NCBI GenBank assembly: GCA_949358305.1
Contig: OX442314.1
Coordinates: 17,360,001 to 17,424,000, forward strand
From: Strigamia acuminata
Lineage: Eukaryota
DNA: 64,000 bases
Direction of reading: 5' to 3'
Shown: positions 1 through 13,222 of the stretch, piece after piece
How positions within the stretch are numbered: the stretch's first letter is position 1
Layout of the letters: each line of letters begins with the position of its first letter
Notes under the pieces: model-generated
What the model was told of the DNA's origin: nothing
Database searches by the model: none
Seen by the model: the letters and a program-made list of their open reading frames with translations, nothing else
Position numbers and translations under genes: made by a program

Positions 1-3000
1 TCACATACGAATTTGTGCGCGTCCAATCTTATTTCCACCCAGTTGTTTAAAAGTGCAAAAAGTGGCGCTAATGGAAATGCGGCCACGAATATTGTAATAA
101 AGCCAAATTGCAGGACTGAAAATAGAGACAAATTATTTGATTCCGCCCTCCTGTATTGCAATAGTGTATGTCTTTTTAACTTACCCATTTCCAAGTATTC
201 GTCGAATAAACCTTCGTTTTCAATCAGTTGATAATCTGCCTCCCATCTGGTCTTTTCCCCACTCTTGAGCAATGTAGTAACCTTTTTCCTATGTCGCCAT
301 GCTTTGATTTTCCTAGCAATTTTTTTCTTGTCGTAAATCGGTTTGCTTAGATTGAAATGTTTTGTTTTTAGACTTACGGGATTAGGATTTCTTGTGCGTT
401 GTTGATAATTTGTTTGCCAATCATAATGACAATGAGTTGTTGGGCAAGTTCAACTAAACAGCCACTATTACCACACTAGATTAAAAGACCAAAATGAAAC
501 AAAATATTAGACAAGTCATTTCTACATCTACATCTGTATTTAATTAATAATTACATCTTCTTGTCGTAATCCTAAAACATAATTATAATGTCCCGGGTAG
601 CCAACAAATCTAAATTTAAAAAATATTAATAATTAATACCGGTAATACAAAACGGCGTATAATAATAACGAGAGTCATACCGCCCTTTGAAGAATGCAAT
701 ATAGATAATGGACGAATAAAAATTGACGAATTGAAAAAGAAACACTTTAAATATGAGATTGTCTTCAAATTCAGTTTGTGTCCTATGCATTTCTACGAAT
801 AAAAAAGTATAAATCAAATTTGAAAATTTAAATATTTATGCTTGTATACCCCATTCGGTGAGCAGATGCGCCAATCTTGTATAAACTCTACTCAATGCAA
901 TAATGAAAATCAAATTGACTACAGCACCAGTCATACTGGCTATAGTGGTGGCCTGACTCCGGAGCGCTTGGTTTTGAAAAAGGGGAATGCTAATGAGCAC
1001 TCTATACACTATTACAGCAACTATGAAGATAATGACTAGACAAATCTACAGAAAAATAATTCCATTATTACCTTTTTATTTGTATAATAATTGCATAGTA
1101 CCATGACTAATAAGACTCCTAATCCTGCCACCATTCTTTTTCCTCGTAGGGCTTTTGGGAAAGCGGGTTCCCTAATACCTGTAACAGGGTTGCGTTCCAT
1201 CAACGGAGCTTTGGCTGCAAATTCTGGACGGGGTCGTTCCTGAAATCAAATTGATTGCAAATTGATTAGACTGAAATTTGACTTTGAGCAAGAAGTTTGA
1301 GCACCTCTTCCTCTGCGTAATCCAAACAGTCCCAATGATGTGCTAAACTTGCACTTTTCCTTTTCCAGTATTCAAGAAATGAGACGGCTGCAATAGATTT
1401 TACTCGTTATTTCTGAGCATTTCGATATGATGTTAGTGTTTACCCCAAAAGGAAACGAATATGGCATAAAATACGGTGCCTGGATGGTCGAATAAGTAAG
1501 AGACGGTACTTAACACGCAGATATCTGATAAACTCCAATATAAAGTGCAACCGATTTTTTCATCGCATTGTGGACACATTTTAAAGGCATCTCCACTGTC
1601 GCATATTTCTTTTCTACAAATAATTGAAAAAAGATCATTTTAACCAGTTATTTAGGTTTCAATTAACGTTGGCGGTCCAACTGGCTTCAGTCCAGGCCAC
1701 GATTCGCCGCCAGAATCGACTAAAGCACGCGCCCTTCGTGATCAATGGCATTCATATTTCGAGGTACCAGCCAAAAAAATAACTGAGAAATTTTGAACAT
1801 TTTGAAAATATTATTCTTTGGCCACAACCCAATTTGACAAATTTTTTGGCCCAGTCATTGCACAAGTTGGACAGCCCCGCATTAATTGATAAAGAGATAA
1901 CTCACGCTGGTAAATAAAAATCCATTGTAAAAACCCCATACAGAAAAACTAGTAAACCAACTACTGCGGCTGGTAGCAGCCATCCAGTGTAAAAACCTGC
2001 AAGAAATCCATATTGATATTCCATAGATGCAGTATGTATATACATAATATATACCTAACCAGGCAAAATAAATAGCAGTTTTCTCTCCAAAATATTCTCG
2101 TATATGGTCCAACGGTTGATATTTGTACCATCTTCCCCATCGGGCCCAATAATCGTAAAGAACTTGTCTCATATTCAGTTGTTCTGGTCTAAATGGCGTC
2201 TCGGGTTTTTTATAAGGACCCTAAAGATAACGTGAGGCGTGTGATTTATGAATAAATAATCAGGCCAGTGTTTACCTCGTGTAACGGATAAGCCGCAGTG
2301 TAAACACCTCTGGAAATTAACCTATCGATTCCAAATTCAGCTCTTTTCTTTTTCCCGTACGTCGCAGTTTGTAAAATTTCAAAGACAACTTGATGCCTTT
2401 GTGTAGAAATGAAATAGGAATCGTGGTTGTCGCTTCCAAGAAATCTAGGTGGGAAAGTTTACTGCATTTTAAGTTTAACCAGTTGTATGGAATATGAAAC
2501 ACCACGATTGATTATTACCTATCTATTTTAGATTTTTTAAATGCGCACGTATAGAAATTAAGGGGATGATTTGGCACATGTTGTACCATTATATTCGGTA
2601 TGTGGAGTGTTTGGAGAAATTTCTGAGACCAGTTACTCGTGGGATTGGGATGGGCCTAGAAGATAAATAAAAACGTTAAATTAATCCGAGTGTTATGCAG
2701 TGGTATGCATGAAACAAAAAGGAAACGGTGCGTAAATAGTAAAACCTGTATTGTAAAATGCGAGTTAATTGTGAATACAAGTGATTCCGTGATTTCTAGT
2801 CTATTTGACTACGCGACAGTACTCTACATCTATCATCTACAGTCCTTGCCCACTGTGTGCTACTGAGTGCCAATTCCCAGGTTCACCAAGTTGGCAGTAC
2901 AATAGACAGAAGGTATTTTCAGAAATTATTGTGCCAAGTACAAATCCAATGTTCTCAATGTGCTAAGTCGAATTTATGAAGATGCAAATCCCGGTTGAAT

Positions 3001-4173
3001 AAATAGGGTTGAGTGAAAATGAATACTTTGCTCATTGAGCATGTGGATTTGCTATTTGGCACAATAATGTTTGTAAGCACTTCTGTGTATTGTACTGCCA
3101 ACTCGATGGACATAAATTCCCACGTGTTTTTAAAACGTTTTAGAGTAAATTTACGCACGATTTACCTCATGTTGATCATCATCATCATCATCACTTTCAA
3201 GTTGTGGCTCAAAGGCCTTTAAATCTCGCAATGAATATTTTAGTTAATAATCAGAAAAGGAAGTTAAAAACTATAGAAATTGATATCATATTTTGTTTTT
3301 TCACCTGTAAAGGCGCTCTCATGTTTAGTTCTTCCGCATAGTGGACCAATACAGACCAAGGAGCTGATAATTTTATGAAATGTGTTGTCATTGAACTACC
3401 TTCAATAACTTCCTATTGAAAATATATAATATTTTGTTAAAAATAAAAATTCAGCTGAATTTTACTAGAAACCTCTTCCATGTCGAGCCCGGCTTTTCGC
3501 AAATTACTCATGAATTTTTGTCGCCAATATTCTAATTTCTGCGTTTTGTCGCTTTTGCTTTCTTGTCGCTTTAAACTTTTAGCTGATTTGGGCGGTGAAG
3601 AGTCACTAGTGGGTGCATTGGATTCTTCATAAACAAGAATAAAATCTGAAATTAAAAATAATAACGATCCATAATACTTTCCTAAAAAAAACACCGCATT
3701 CGCAAATCTGCCACCGCGATTGGACGGGTCGGGAATATGCGTTTATGCACGGCATTGTGTCTAAATTAATCCACAATTAATTTAATTCGTGGATTGTTTT
3801 AGGGACTATCAATGCTAAGGAAAAATAATTTTTTTTTTGCCTTTACCAATTTTTCTTTTTCCATCTCGAAAATATGTGTCTTTATCTTCTTCAATTGAGT
3901 TATTTTTCATAGTAATACCATTATCTTCTTCCTGATCAGCTTCACTTTCTTGCTCATTCTTGAGAAATGATTGCGTAGTGAGGAAAAATTTAAAAAAAAA
4001 ATAAACAACTTTAAAATTTAGTCAACCATTCATACCAAAGCATCTTGTGCCGCAAAATTTTCTGTGTCTTTCATGCTTTCCCAAGATGATGTCATCGTTC
4101 CATAATTCTCTTTTGGTCCATCACCAGGTCCATTCAATTCATACTTTTCAGTAGTCCGTTTGGTGAAAGGCAT
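1..4173 (-). CDS. Anoctamin/TMEM16 family protein (ANO7-like), multi-exon, 3' part outside the window
   Basis: Spliced minus-strand exons give [91 protein letters not shown] and [30 protein letters not shown], all anoctamin signatures. Probable ATG at 4173; upstream non-coding exons are possible. Confidence 0.95.
1660..1888. mobile_element. Possible small MITE-like insertion in an anoctamin intron
   Basis: This intron is longer than its neighbours. Its ends form an imperfect inverted repeat: CAATTAA..GGCGGTCCAACT (1660-1682) and AGTTGGACAGCC..ATTAATTG (1865-1888). Confidence 0.35.
2889..3103. repeat. Long imperfect inverted repeat (about 70-bp arms, about 70-bp loop) in an anoctamin intron
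   Basis: AGTTGGCAGTACAATAGACAGAAG...ATTATTGTGCCAA...CAAATCCA..CTCAATG (2889-2960) pairs with 3033-3103. Confidence 0.8.
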
Positions 4174-6637
4174 GATGATATGGTTGTCTTTAATCTACTT
4201 TAATATACATTAAAAAAAAATTAAAAAATATGCATACAATTTATTTAAATAATAGCATTTGAATTAAAATAGAAAATTGATGCGTCCTGGAAAGTTAATG
4301 CGAATGATTCATTCATGGGGATGATTAAATCATTAGACTTCTCTGCTGGAGCTGTTAACACAGCAGCCTAACTTAAGGCGGTACTTTTCATGTCACAAAT
4401 CTGAAGTTTTCTATTAAAAATTTTATCACGAAAGAATTAAATTAAAAAAAAAAATTTCTTATCAAAAATAAAAAAAAGTTTAGGTTGTTTCCAGGTAATA
4501 GTAAAAAGGAAATGTTTGTTTCGCCGTAAATTAGGTTTACGAACAGACTTTGCTACGTTTTATTCCCTTTTTTCTCTTAAAATAGAGCACGCAAAGACTT
4601 AAAGCTGATACATTGTTAAATTATTCATAGCTCTTCAACTATAATAAAAAAAAAAATGATTTTATCCAAACTTTAATGGAGATAATATCTTCCCCTAGTT
4701 TCTATTCTCGAAGGATCTTTAGGTTAAGACGTGTCAGGGCAACTCAATTTTTTGGGAGGCTAATAGATGGGAAGTGAGAAGACAGGTAGTTTGTTTGGAC
4801 TTAGTATGTATACCTGAAACGTTGCTGGGTTTTATTTGGAAAATCGATTTTCCCACTCAACCTTATGTCCACTCAGTGAACAATTTATTTTGATGCGGAA
4901 ACCAAATACATCAATCTTATCTTACGTACACTTTTGCCAAATAAATTTTGGCATTTTCTATTTTGTGGTGGAAGGAAGTACATCCGGTTTGAAAATAGAT
5001 TATTAAATGACATGAATAAATCTAATCTCGTCTTAAAATTACTATAAACAACATTAAAAATATAAAATGTGAATATTTATGTACTGTATCCACAAAAATG
5101 TATAGACATTAAAGTCATTCATAACAAAATGTAATAACGAATTTCTATTGTAGTAGTGTTTTTATTTTGTCTATTTCTTTTCTATTTTTCATCTTTATTA
5201 GATGTTATGTGAGCTCATTTCTTAATCTCAGGTGCATCTTTCACTTACGGTATGGTTCATTTCGGAACAATTAACTCTACCATCCTTTCCTTCATATGAC
5301 ATTTCCCAGAGTTGGAATTACATCCTGTCTCATTTCAGTCGTAGATACTTATCTCTCCTGTTGCCCTTAGCATGTTAATTTGTTTTGTATTTTGCGCATA
5401 AAAATTGTGTATATTAATATGGATTTCCCTGAAATACTGGTTTTTAAATGACAAAACGTCACACACACACATGGGTTGGCATCAATTACCACCAGCTGGT
5501 GGATAGAACCACTTAAAGCAAAGGTTATTAAACACAAAAAGTCAAATGTTTTTATAGAAATAGTTTGCTGATTGCGTTAAAACAGATAAAAGAAACTAAC
5601 ATTATTTCACTCTCCAATGGCATGTGTTCTAGACGTTGATATTACACGGGATATTCTCCTGGCAATTTTTAATTGACTTGACATTTCAGATTTCATTCAT
5701 TTCATTACGGTTGTTTTCCACTAATTTTTCCACGGCACTGCTGTATAACTAATGGGGAAAATGTGAGTTTGTAATTGCACCTGCAACTGGATCTGAGCCA
5801 GGTGTATTAGCCAAATTGGATGGATGAATCTAAAATAAGGTATCAAATTGGGCCCCGTTAAGGTATCCATTTTTTCGCAATCAATAACCAGAACGCGTGC
5901 GAAATGGCGAAATAGATCACTAAATAAGAGATGCGATTCAAATTTTTCAGACTCGAAGTGGAGAAGTGCGAGCTGGAGAAAATAAGGCAGAGCATAATCG
6001 ATAAAAACGGGCCAATGCCTAGGTCTGATGGACCTTAATGTCTTACTGATTGGAAAATAAAAATCCCCAGTGCCATGACTATTAATTGTTTACATCACCG
6101 CGATTGAACGATGCCATTAATATTGCATTAAGCTGGTTAATGGCATAGTAATATTGCCATCTGTAGAACAGATATGCACCTTTAGCAGCTGAATCTAAGA
6201 TTGTCTTTTAAATGTGACCACCATTGTGTCATGTTGATGAATATAGTGCCGCTGTCAGTTGCTTACGTAATGATAAAAAGCAATTTTCAATCTTACCTGC
6301 TCAGGTGCGAGCAATCTGGTTGGTGATGGTGATAAAAATGTGTAGGCCGCATGTGTGTGCTGCACGCGCCATTCGCTATAACGTCGTACGACCGGCACCA
6401 GGGACCTGGAAGGGAGCAGCAGCGCTAGCTAATTCTGCTCCTGATACTACACGCTGGTTTCCACTTCTACCACTCAAACATTTAAAGCGCTGCTGGAGTT
6501 GTTGTTGCTTAGCAACAGCTTAAAGTGGTGAAACTTGTAGGTATTGACGTTGTGTTGTGACACACAAATGGGATGTAGTTATATTATAAAACATATTTTA
6601 TTAATTTTGTTTTTGTTTTTGTTTGTTTTTACATTTT

Positions 6638-7416
6638 TTACACTAAATGTTCTTCGTTTCTAATGTATTCGCCGATGTCGGATTGATGTAAACAGACGAT
6701 TGTCATAGGATCTGCTGTTCGGCAGTCTTGTGTAGATTTTGCTGCTACGCCGAACCCCTAGAAAAGAAAATATTAAAGGAAACAGATCGATATTTTTTAC
6801 GTTTTGTTTCTTACTAATGGCAGATCGTTCATGGAGTAAACAACAACGCCTTGGTATTTTGATGTTGCTTCGGTTACCCTGCCTAAACCTGATTTCATCA
6901 CGTGATGACCATATAAAAACTGCTGTTCAGCGCTAGCTTTCAGCCAAACTTTATGCTGAAAAAAAAAAAGATATTTTCATTTTTTTTTTAATATTTGAAG
7001 AAAAAAAAATTGTGTTACTTTTGCATAGGGTGCTAAATAGTCCAACGATGTTATGTGTAAATGAAATTTACCAGATTTGGTAAATTTTCCAAAGCATGTG
7101 CCTAAACTTTGAAGATTTTCACGGGCTATACTTGCTGCCAATTTCATGATTTTGTCGCTGCAAAGAATACACAAATGCCATAGATTGTTTTATTAATGTT
7201 TAATTTTAAGCTACCTAACGTAAAAAACCCGATTGTTATGAAATCTGAAACAATATGTTCCGTCAGGTCTGTCGATAAGTAAACGAACATTTTCACCGAT
7301 ACTGAAAAAAGAAAATATATAGTTTATGCTAAATAAAAAGCATTTTCATTCGATACTCACTATTTAGATAGCTTATCAAAAAATATTTCGGACTCTTGGG
7401 TAGTTAAAGGTCTCAT
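6638..7416 (-). CDS. NIP7: 60S ribosome subunit biogenesis protein NIP7, multi-exon
   Basis: Spliced translation [18 protein letters not shown]...[45 protein letters not shown]...SGLGRVTE...[13 protein letters not shown]...[16 protein letters not shown] follows the known NIP7 sequence closely. Confidence 0.96.
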
Positions 7417-7566
7417 CGCGACGCCTAGAATCAATTCACAAATCAAAGCACGCTGTCGTGTCAACAGCAAAAGCAATGGCGGCCATTACAAAGTTGGGAA
7501 CCACTAAAATGTGGTTTGTCTGTTTACAGGTCTCAAACCTAATCGATTTCCTTTCGCTGAAAACAG

Positions 7567-7887
7567 AAATGACACGCTGAAGGCGCTGAAGTGATTGTTC
7601 CAATAATCACAATCGCTGCATTATTGAGGACCCACACCAGGCCCAAGTAATTATTCTGCATGTCACATGACTTTTATTAATTTTTAAATTTTTAAATTTT
7701 TTTTTTTGTTATTTATTTGTTAATTTGTTTTAAAATTAAATTAATCTTTTATTTTTATTTCTTTAATAATTTACAACCGACTCTTTTTCCTTAGTTTAAG
7801 CATTCTTCAGCACTAAAAACTCCTATTCATGTGATTATAAATAAGCACTGAAGTCATAATCACTTCAGCGCCTTCAGCGTATCATTT
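7567..7887. mobile_element. MITE-like element, 321 bp, with 30-bp terminal inverted repeats
   Basis: AAATGACACGCTGAAGGCGCTGAAGTGATT (7567-7596) matches the reverse complement of 7858-7887 at 29/30 positions. The interior is AT-rich and non-coding. No clear target-site duplication. Confidence 0.7.
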
Positions 7888-8219
7888 TTGAAAAGAATTA
7901 AGAAACGATTTTGTCACAAAAATACATACATTTTTAAATATTTTTAGTTTATTTTATTTTATGCCTACTGCCGGAAATGATCTGCTCCTATCCCGACGAT
8001 AAGAGTGAAGTGGATCAGTTCTTTTTTCATTTAAGAACTGTTATTTTTTGTTGACAGAAATATGTTAATCGCGAAAGATTGTTGCTTCCCATCCCCATAC
8101 AGATAGATCTCCGGGGATCCTAAATCCACACGCTTCTTTGCAGAGGCACCATCTAGTGTTTAGTTTTGCAGTTGCTACACAATCGTTGTTGCTAAGTAAC
8201 GAAATGTGAATGAAGCGAC

Positions 8220-10700
8220 ATGGCTACGGATGGGGATGAAATCATGAAGAAAAAATATTTAATCTTACTTTAGGGGCGACCGGGTCAGTGAGGATGAAGT
8301 AATTAAGATGAATAAAATTTCTAAACACAATCTATTTGATTATTTTCTCACCTTAGAATTTATCCCGGAATTTGTAAACAGAAAACAGGCCTGGAAAGAA
8401 TTAACGGAAAGAACTAACAGGGCTTGATAGAACTCACACTGAAGTTGTTAGGCTTGTTGAAACCTGTAGGTCCCAAAAACCTACAGGTTTCAGAAACTTA
8501 GCAGTCCATGGGTGCTCGACCACGAGACGGAACCGAGACAGCTACATTATTTTGGTGTTGGATTACCACAAGTTTTAAAAACGGAATTAGTCGGAGTTGG
8601 TAAGTTTATTTGACATTTTTTGCAATAGGTTCGGTTGGTTTTTTTTTTTGTTTTTTGTTTTTTTTCTCCAAAATATGCTATTCAAATCAGATCAATTCAT
8701 CTCATTAAAACTGGTTTGAGTGCGGAGTTGTCACTTGCAGAAATTTCCTGATTTTTTTTTCGATTTATTTCCCAATTTTGCAAAGCACAGGTCAAAATGA
8801 AGGAAAGGAAGTACCGGTATGTTCGTTGTGATCATGTCAGTTTGATTGTTTAAGAGCGCTTCGGTTTACTGCTCTGTTTTAGACCTGGTAGCTCAGTCGG
8901 TAGAATACCTGTCTGGCTCAGGCCTGTGCACTAAATTAATTTTTTAATTATTAATTTGGTAGGATATAAACAATGAGGTGTTTGCGGCAGGAGATTTAGT
9001 AAAAGGCAGTTGTCGAAAGTTAAAGGTGGATTTCACAGTTGAGGCGGTTTACTTTACGTACCATGGGAAGAAAAAGTTCGTTGGTCAGGGTTCCTCTTGA
9101 GGTGAAAACACTGGGTCTAAAATGTACTGGCTGAGTACATTGTTCCTGTTATTTCATCATCATTTCATCAACATTTCCACATGTCTTGTTATCGTCACTT
9201 TATGTTTATTTTTATAATATTATTTTTATAAAGTAATTTTCTATATTGTGTCATTTTCCCCCGCAAATTTGTAAATTTACTTTAATTATATTCCCAGTTC
9301 TGAATTTATAAATATGGCCGGAAGAGATGAGAAACCTCTAAACTGTCACAGAGGCGACCCTGGGTTGTTATACGCAGGTTTAATGTTCTTAAAATTATCT
9401 CGAAAATCAATTCAAATTTAGTCTATCAATGGTATTTTAAAAAATACATTTTTCAAACTAAAATATTTATTTATTTTATTTTTATTTTACCTTTTATTTT
9501 TCCAAATTTGTAAATTTCTAATTTAAAAAAAAACTCAAGATAAATATTTTTTTTTTTTCCAGTACGAGGATGCAATGATGCTGTCACTTTATTACGATAA
9601 ATTATCTCGACTCGAGGTGGGGCATATTCGCTCGAATCTATTGGCAAACATTATTCAATATGGTCTTATGCAACCATCGGTGCAGAATTTTCATCCCCGG
9701 TAGCGTCTTCAGGGCAGCAAGGAGAGCGGAAGGAGAACGCAAAGAAAAAGGTACAGAAAACAAGCGAAATTTGACTAGTGGGAAACAGGTAGTACATACA
9801 GAACACAACCAAAAAGCAAAACAACAATGGCAGAAACCGGAACTTCTCAACCAAATAATCCACAACTGACTGCATGCAAAACAGAATTCATTAGCGCCAG
9901 GTTTGTTCCGCCGAAAATACATAAAGAAAACCCGGATCTTCGGACGCAGCCGGAAATGGACAAAGTCGACACAGATCAGCACTTGGCAAAATCATTGACC
10001 TAAAACTAAAGGAGCTTCATCACCCGTGAATAAAAATAAATTGAGCGACCGAATAATCGATAAACGGAAATTTGAAGACGATCGAATTGAAGTTAGATGG
10101 GGACGCTAGTAGAGTAAGACGTCTTCCATAGTTGCGAATTAATCACGGCTCAGCGATCCGCGAAGGGATGCGCAAAGGAGGACAGATGAGGCAAAAAGCG
10201 AAGCTTAGCAATTGCAAAACAGGGAGTCAAGCCCTCTGCGAGTGGTGACATGTAACGGATGTTTTCCTCCATTGAACACGGCCGAGAAAATGATGAGGGC
10301 GAAAAGGCGACGAATGTGGAAGTCGGATCCGGCAACCGGAAAGACCCAGACAACGACCCGGCAACCGGAAAGACCCAGACAACGAGGTTTACTGACTCTG
10401 ATGATGGATGTTATTGTCACGTGGCCGAGATGATAATGGCGGAGCATGAGGAGATAGGGGTGAAAGTATTTGAGTCCCCCATCCGAGTAGTCCAGATGAT
10501 TTGAATTTTGGCTGCAACTGATGGGTCGACTAAATCAGGTCTTCGTCGCAGCATTCGACTCAAGCTGGAATTGGAAAGAGATCGAAAGGCGATCTATAGA
10601 GGGAATTGGACTGATTTATTAACACCGGACGGATAATGATGATGTAGATGATGAAATTATAGGAAGAATGACGAACGAGATGGTCAGATTCGAGATTTAC
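8220..10700 (+). pseudogene. Decayed multi-exon gene or spliced non-coding locus, product unknown
   Basis: More GC-rich exon-like blocks are bounded by good acceptors and donors (ttag 8356, gtaagt 8600, tttccag 9562). Every frame I read is interrupted by stop codons. A 29-bp tandem duplication lies at about 10326-10385. Confidence 0.35.
8882..8915 (+). other. tRNA-like 5' fragment with a Pol III A box (SINE-head remnant)
   Basis: GACCTGGTAGCTCAGTCGGTAGAATACC resembles a tRNA acceptor stem plus D-arm. No B box or 3' half follows. Confidence 0.5.
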
Positions 10701-13190
10701 GCACCCAACCAGGTGGTGATTGCTTGATATCTAATTTATTTTCGATTTTATTTCGTTTTGTTTCAAAGAAGCAAAAACACAATTGAAACAACATGCATCA
10801 GCAATTAGGTTTCAGATCCGCTTTTAAATAAATAGATGAAATTCGTTTCCGTATCTTGCGAGATAAATCAATTTCCAGTCTAAAATTAAGTTTATTACCT
10901 GAAGTGCTCGTTGGAGTCGCTTCATTAGTTGGGATTGCAAATTCTCTTCGTAGATGGCGTCAGTAATCATGTATTTTGCAATTTACGCATTCAAACTTTA
11001 CTCAATTTGCATTTTTATTTTTTAAATTGCGCCTAATTGTTACCAATTTTCTTCAAATGTTAATCGCCTGAAACTAATTTTCCAATTACTAAGCTCATTA
11101 ATTTTTCTAAATCATTTTTACCCGTTCCGACTTAGAAAAAAAAAATTTAATTTCGAAATTTCTAATTAGATATTCACTTATTTGCCAACCAATGTTTCCA
11201 TTAATCCTTTGTTGTTCCACCTGAAAGACGGCGTCTGCCATTTTGTACTATATAACGTGCGAGTCACTAACCCCATGCTACGGAAGCCTATAAGCTAATG
11301 AGCCCACTTTAATGGACTGCTGACCTTGAATAGAAAGTCTTGACTCGGCTATCACTATATTCTACTTCTACCCTTGACCTCAATTTCGGGCCTATGTGAG
11401 TTTATTGACATAATAAACACTTAAATGTTGGTACTGACATTGAAAAAGTGTGTATGTGTGGGGCAAATAAAAAAGTTTTACATTTTTTTAACAACTCGCA
11501 CAATCACGCTATAAAAATGGTTGTCGCGCTCACTTAGGTAATTTTAGATTAGACTAGGTGAAATATTTTGGCTTAAAACATCGGAATGTTCACACGTAGA
11601 ATTTCCTGTATATGTTTTTCTTTCCATTTTTATTCCTTTATTTTTTTTTCACTTAACCTGAGGCTCGTTGAACTCGACTACAACCCCTTGTTCCCCTCCT
11701 CTTTTGGTGTTGCAGAATGGGGGGAGGGCGGGGGTTGTTTCTTGGAATGTTATGCAGTGCAGGGGTTATTGCAACTTGCCTTTTATATATCCGCTGAACC
11801 GGCTGCATTTTATAGCTTTTCTATCCCAACTCGTTGTTTCTTTTTCATTTCTGACCACTGAGCATGGAATAATTTGTTGTAATTGAGAAAAACATCAATT
11901 TAAATGGTCATCTAAAATTGTACAGTCGAGAATAAACGTTTGGAAGTGGAATTCTATACTTTAATGACATTTAAGCAGACAGATAATTTTGTGAATCAAG
12001 TTTCGGTTACAAATAGTAAATCGTTGAAACCAGTGTCAGGTTGTATGAACTGAATAGTAATTGCTCGATTCAACGGATGCTTTTTCTTGGAAGAATTTGG
12101 CAAGAAAATAATATTTTCTTTGCCCTATTCAAGTTTCATCTTAATCTTTTTAGCACATCAAAAAATGTTTATATGTAAACAATTTACTCACCAGAAAAAA
12201 AGGAAAAATCTCAAAATAAAACCAAAAAAAAATGAATTAAGTCATTAAATTGAATAACATTAGAAAAAAAAAAGAGATTTATAAGAAATAAATTTTAAGA
12301 AATGAGTTATAAAGTTGTTGCTTTATAATGATTCAAAATGTAGTTAAAATAGAAAGTGAAATGTTACGCGCAATTAAGAATACATTTCCAACAAATTTAT
12401 CAAAAATATAAATATAATATTTAAATTATATATTTCTAATATATATATCTATAACATAATTGCTTTGTAGGCAAATGACCATACAACTTTAGTATTAAAT
12501 GCATTATTAATGCTTTTAATGCTTTTTAACATCACTTTGTGGTGTTGTATCAATATCAATGGTCTAACTAGTTTAATTTTAAAGAAGAACAGTTGATCCC
12601 CACTTCACTTATTGAATACAAATTTTTTTTTTCTATAATTTTATCGACTGTTATTATTTTCGTTTTTGTGTGAGGCAAAATTCACAGGACACTTTTTTTG
12701 TGTCCTTTTGGTCAATTAAGCGTGCCTTTTCGCCTTCCTCCCTTCTTTTTATCCACGCATGACTTGAAGGGGTAAATAGCGCCCTCTTTTGTCCAACAAA
12801 TCACGCAGTTAGTATTTTACACACCCTTTGGGTCTTTTTAATGTCTCTTAACCCCAAATTCCACCTACTGCACTATTTGTGTCCTAGCAACCGCATCTTA
12901 TATGGCGATTGTTATTTTGATTAGGGGTGGTGGGGTTGATCGGTGGCGGTCATTTGTTTTTGGAGTTTGCAAAAACTGATTGGGATCTTTGGCGAAAGGT
13001 GAAGGCTGTGGGCAGGTTTAAGTGATGATGTTTTTTTTTTTTTCTTTTCTTTTCTTGATTTTGTGCTTCAAATAAAATTTTATTTAAAAATAAAAATAAT
13101 AATCAAGTAGAAACATTAAATATTGATATTTAATTTCTATTTTCTTGGAATGGTTCGTATTTGTATTTTATTTGTTCAAATTTAGATTTA

Positions 13191-13222
<32 letters not shown>

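Noticed and set aside
8357..8430. Myb/SANT-like motif (KQAWKELTERTN) suggesting a Harbinger transposon
   Set aside because: Too short, followed immediately by a stop, and no transposase or matching terminal repeats were found.
8882..8960. Intact tRNA gene
   Set aside because: Only the A box and D-arm are present; there is no T-arm, B box or cloverleaf.
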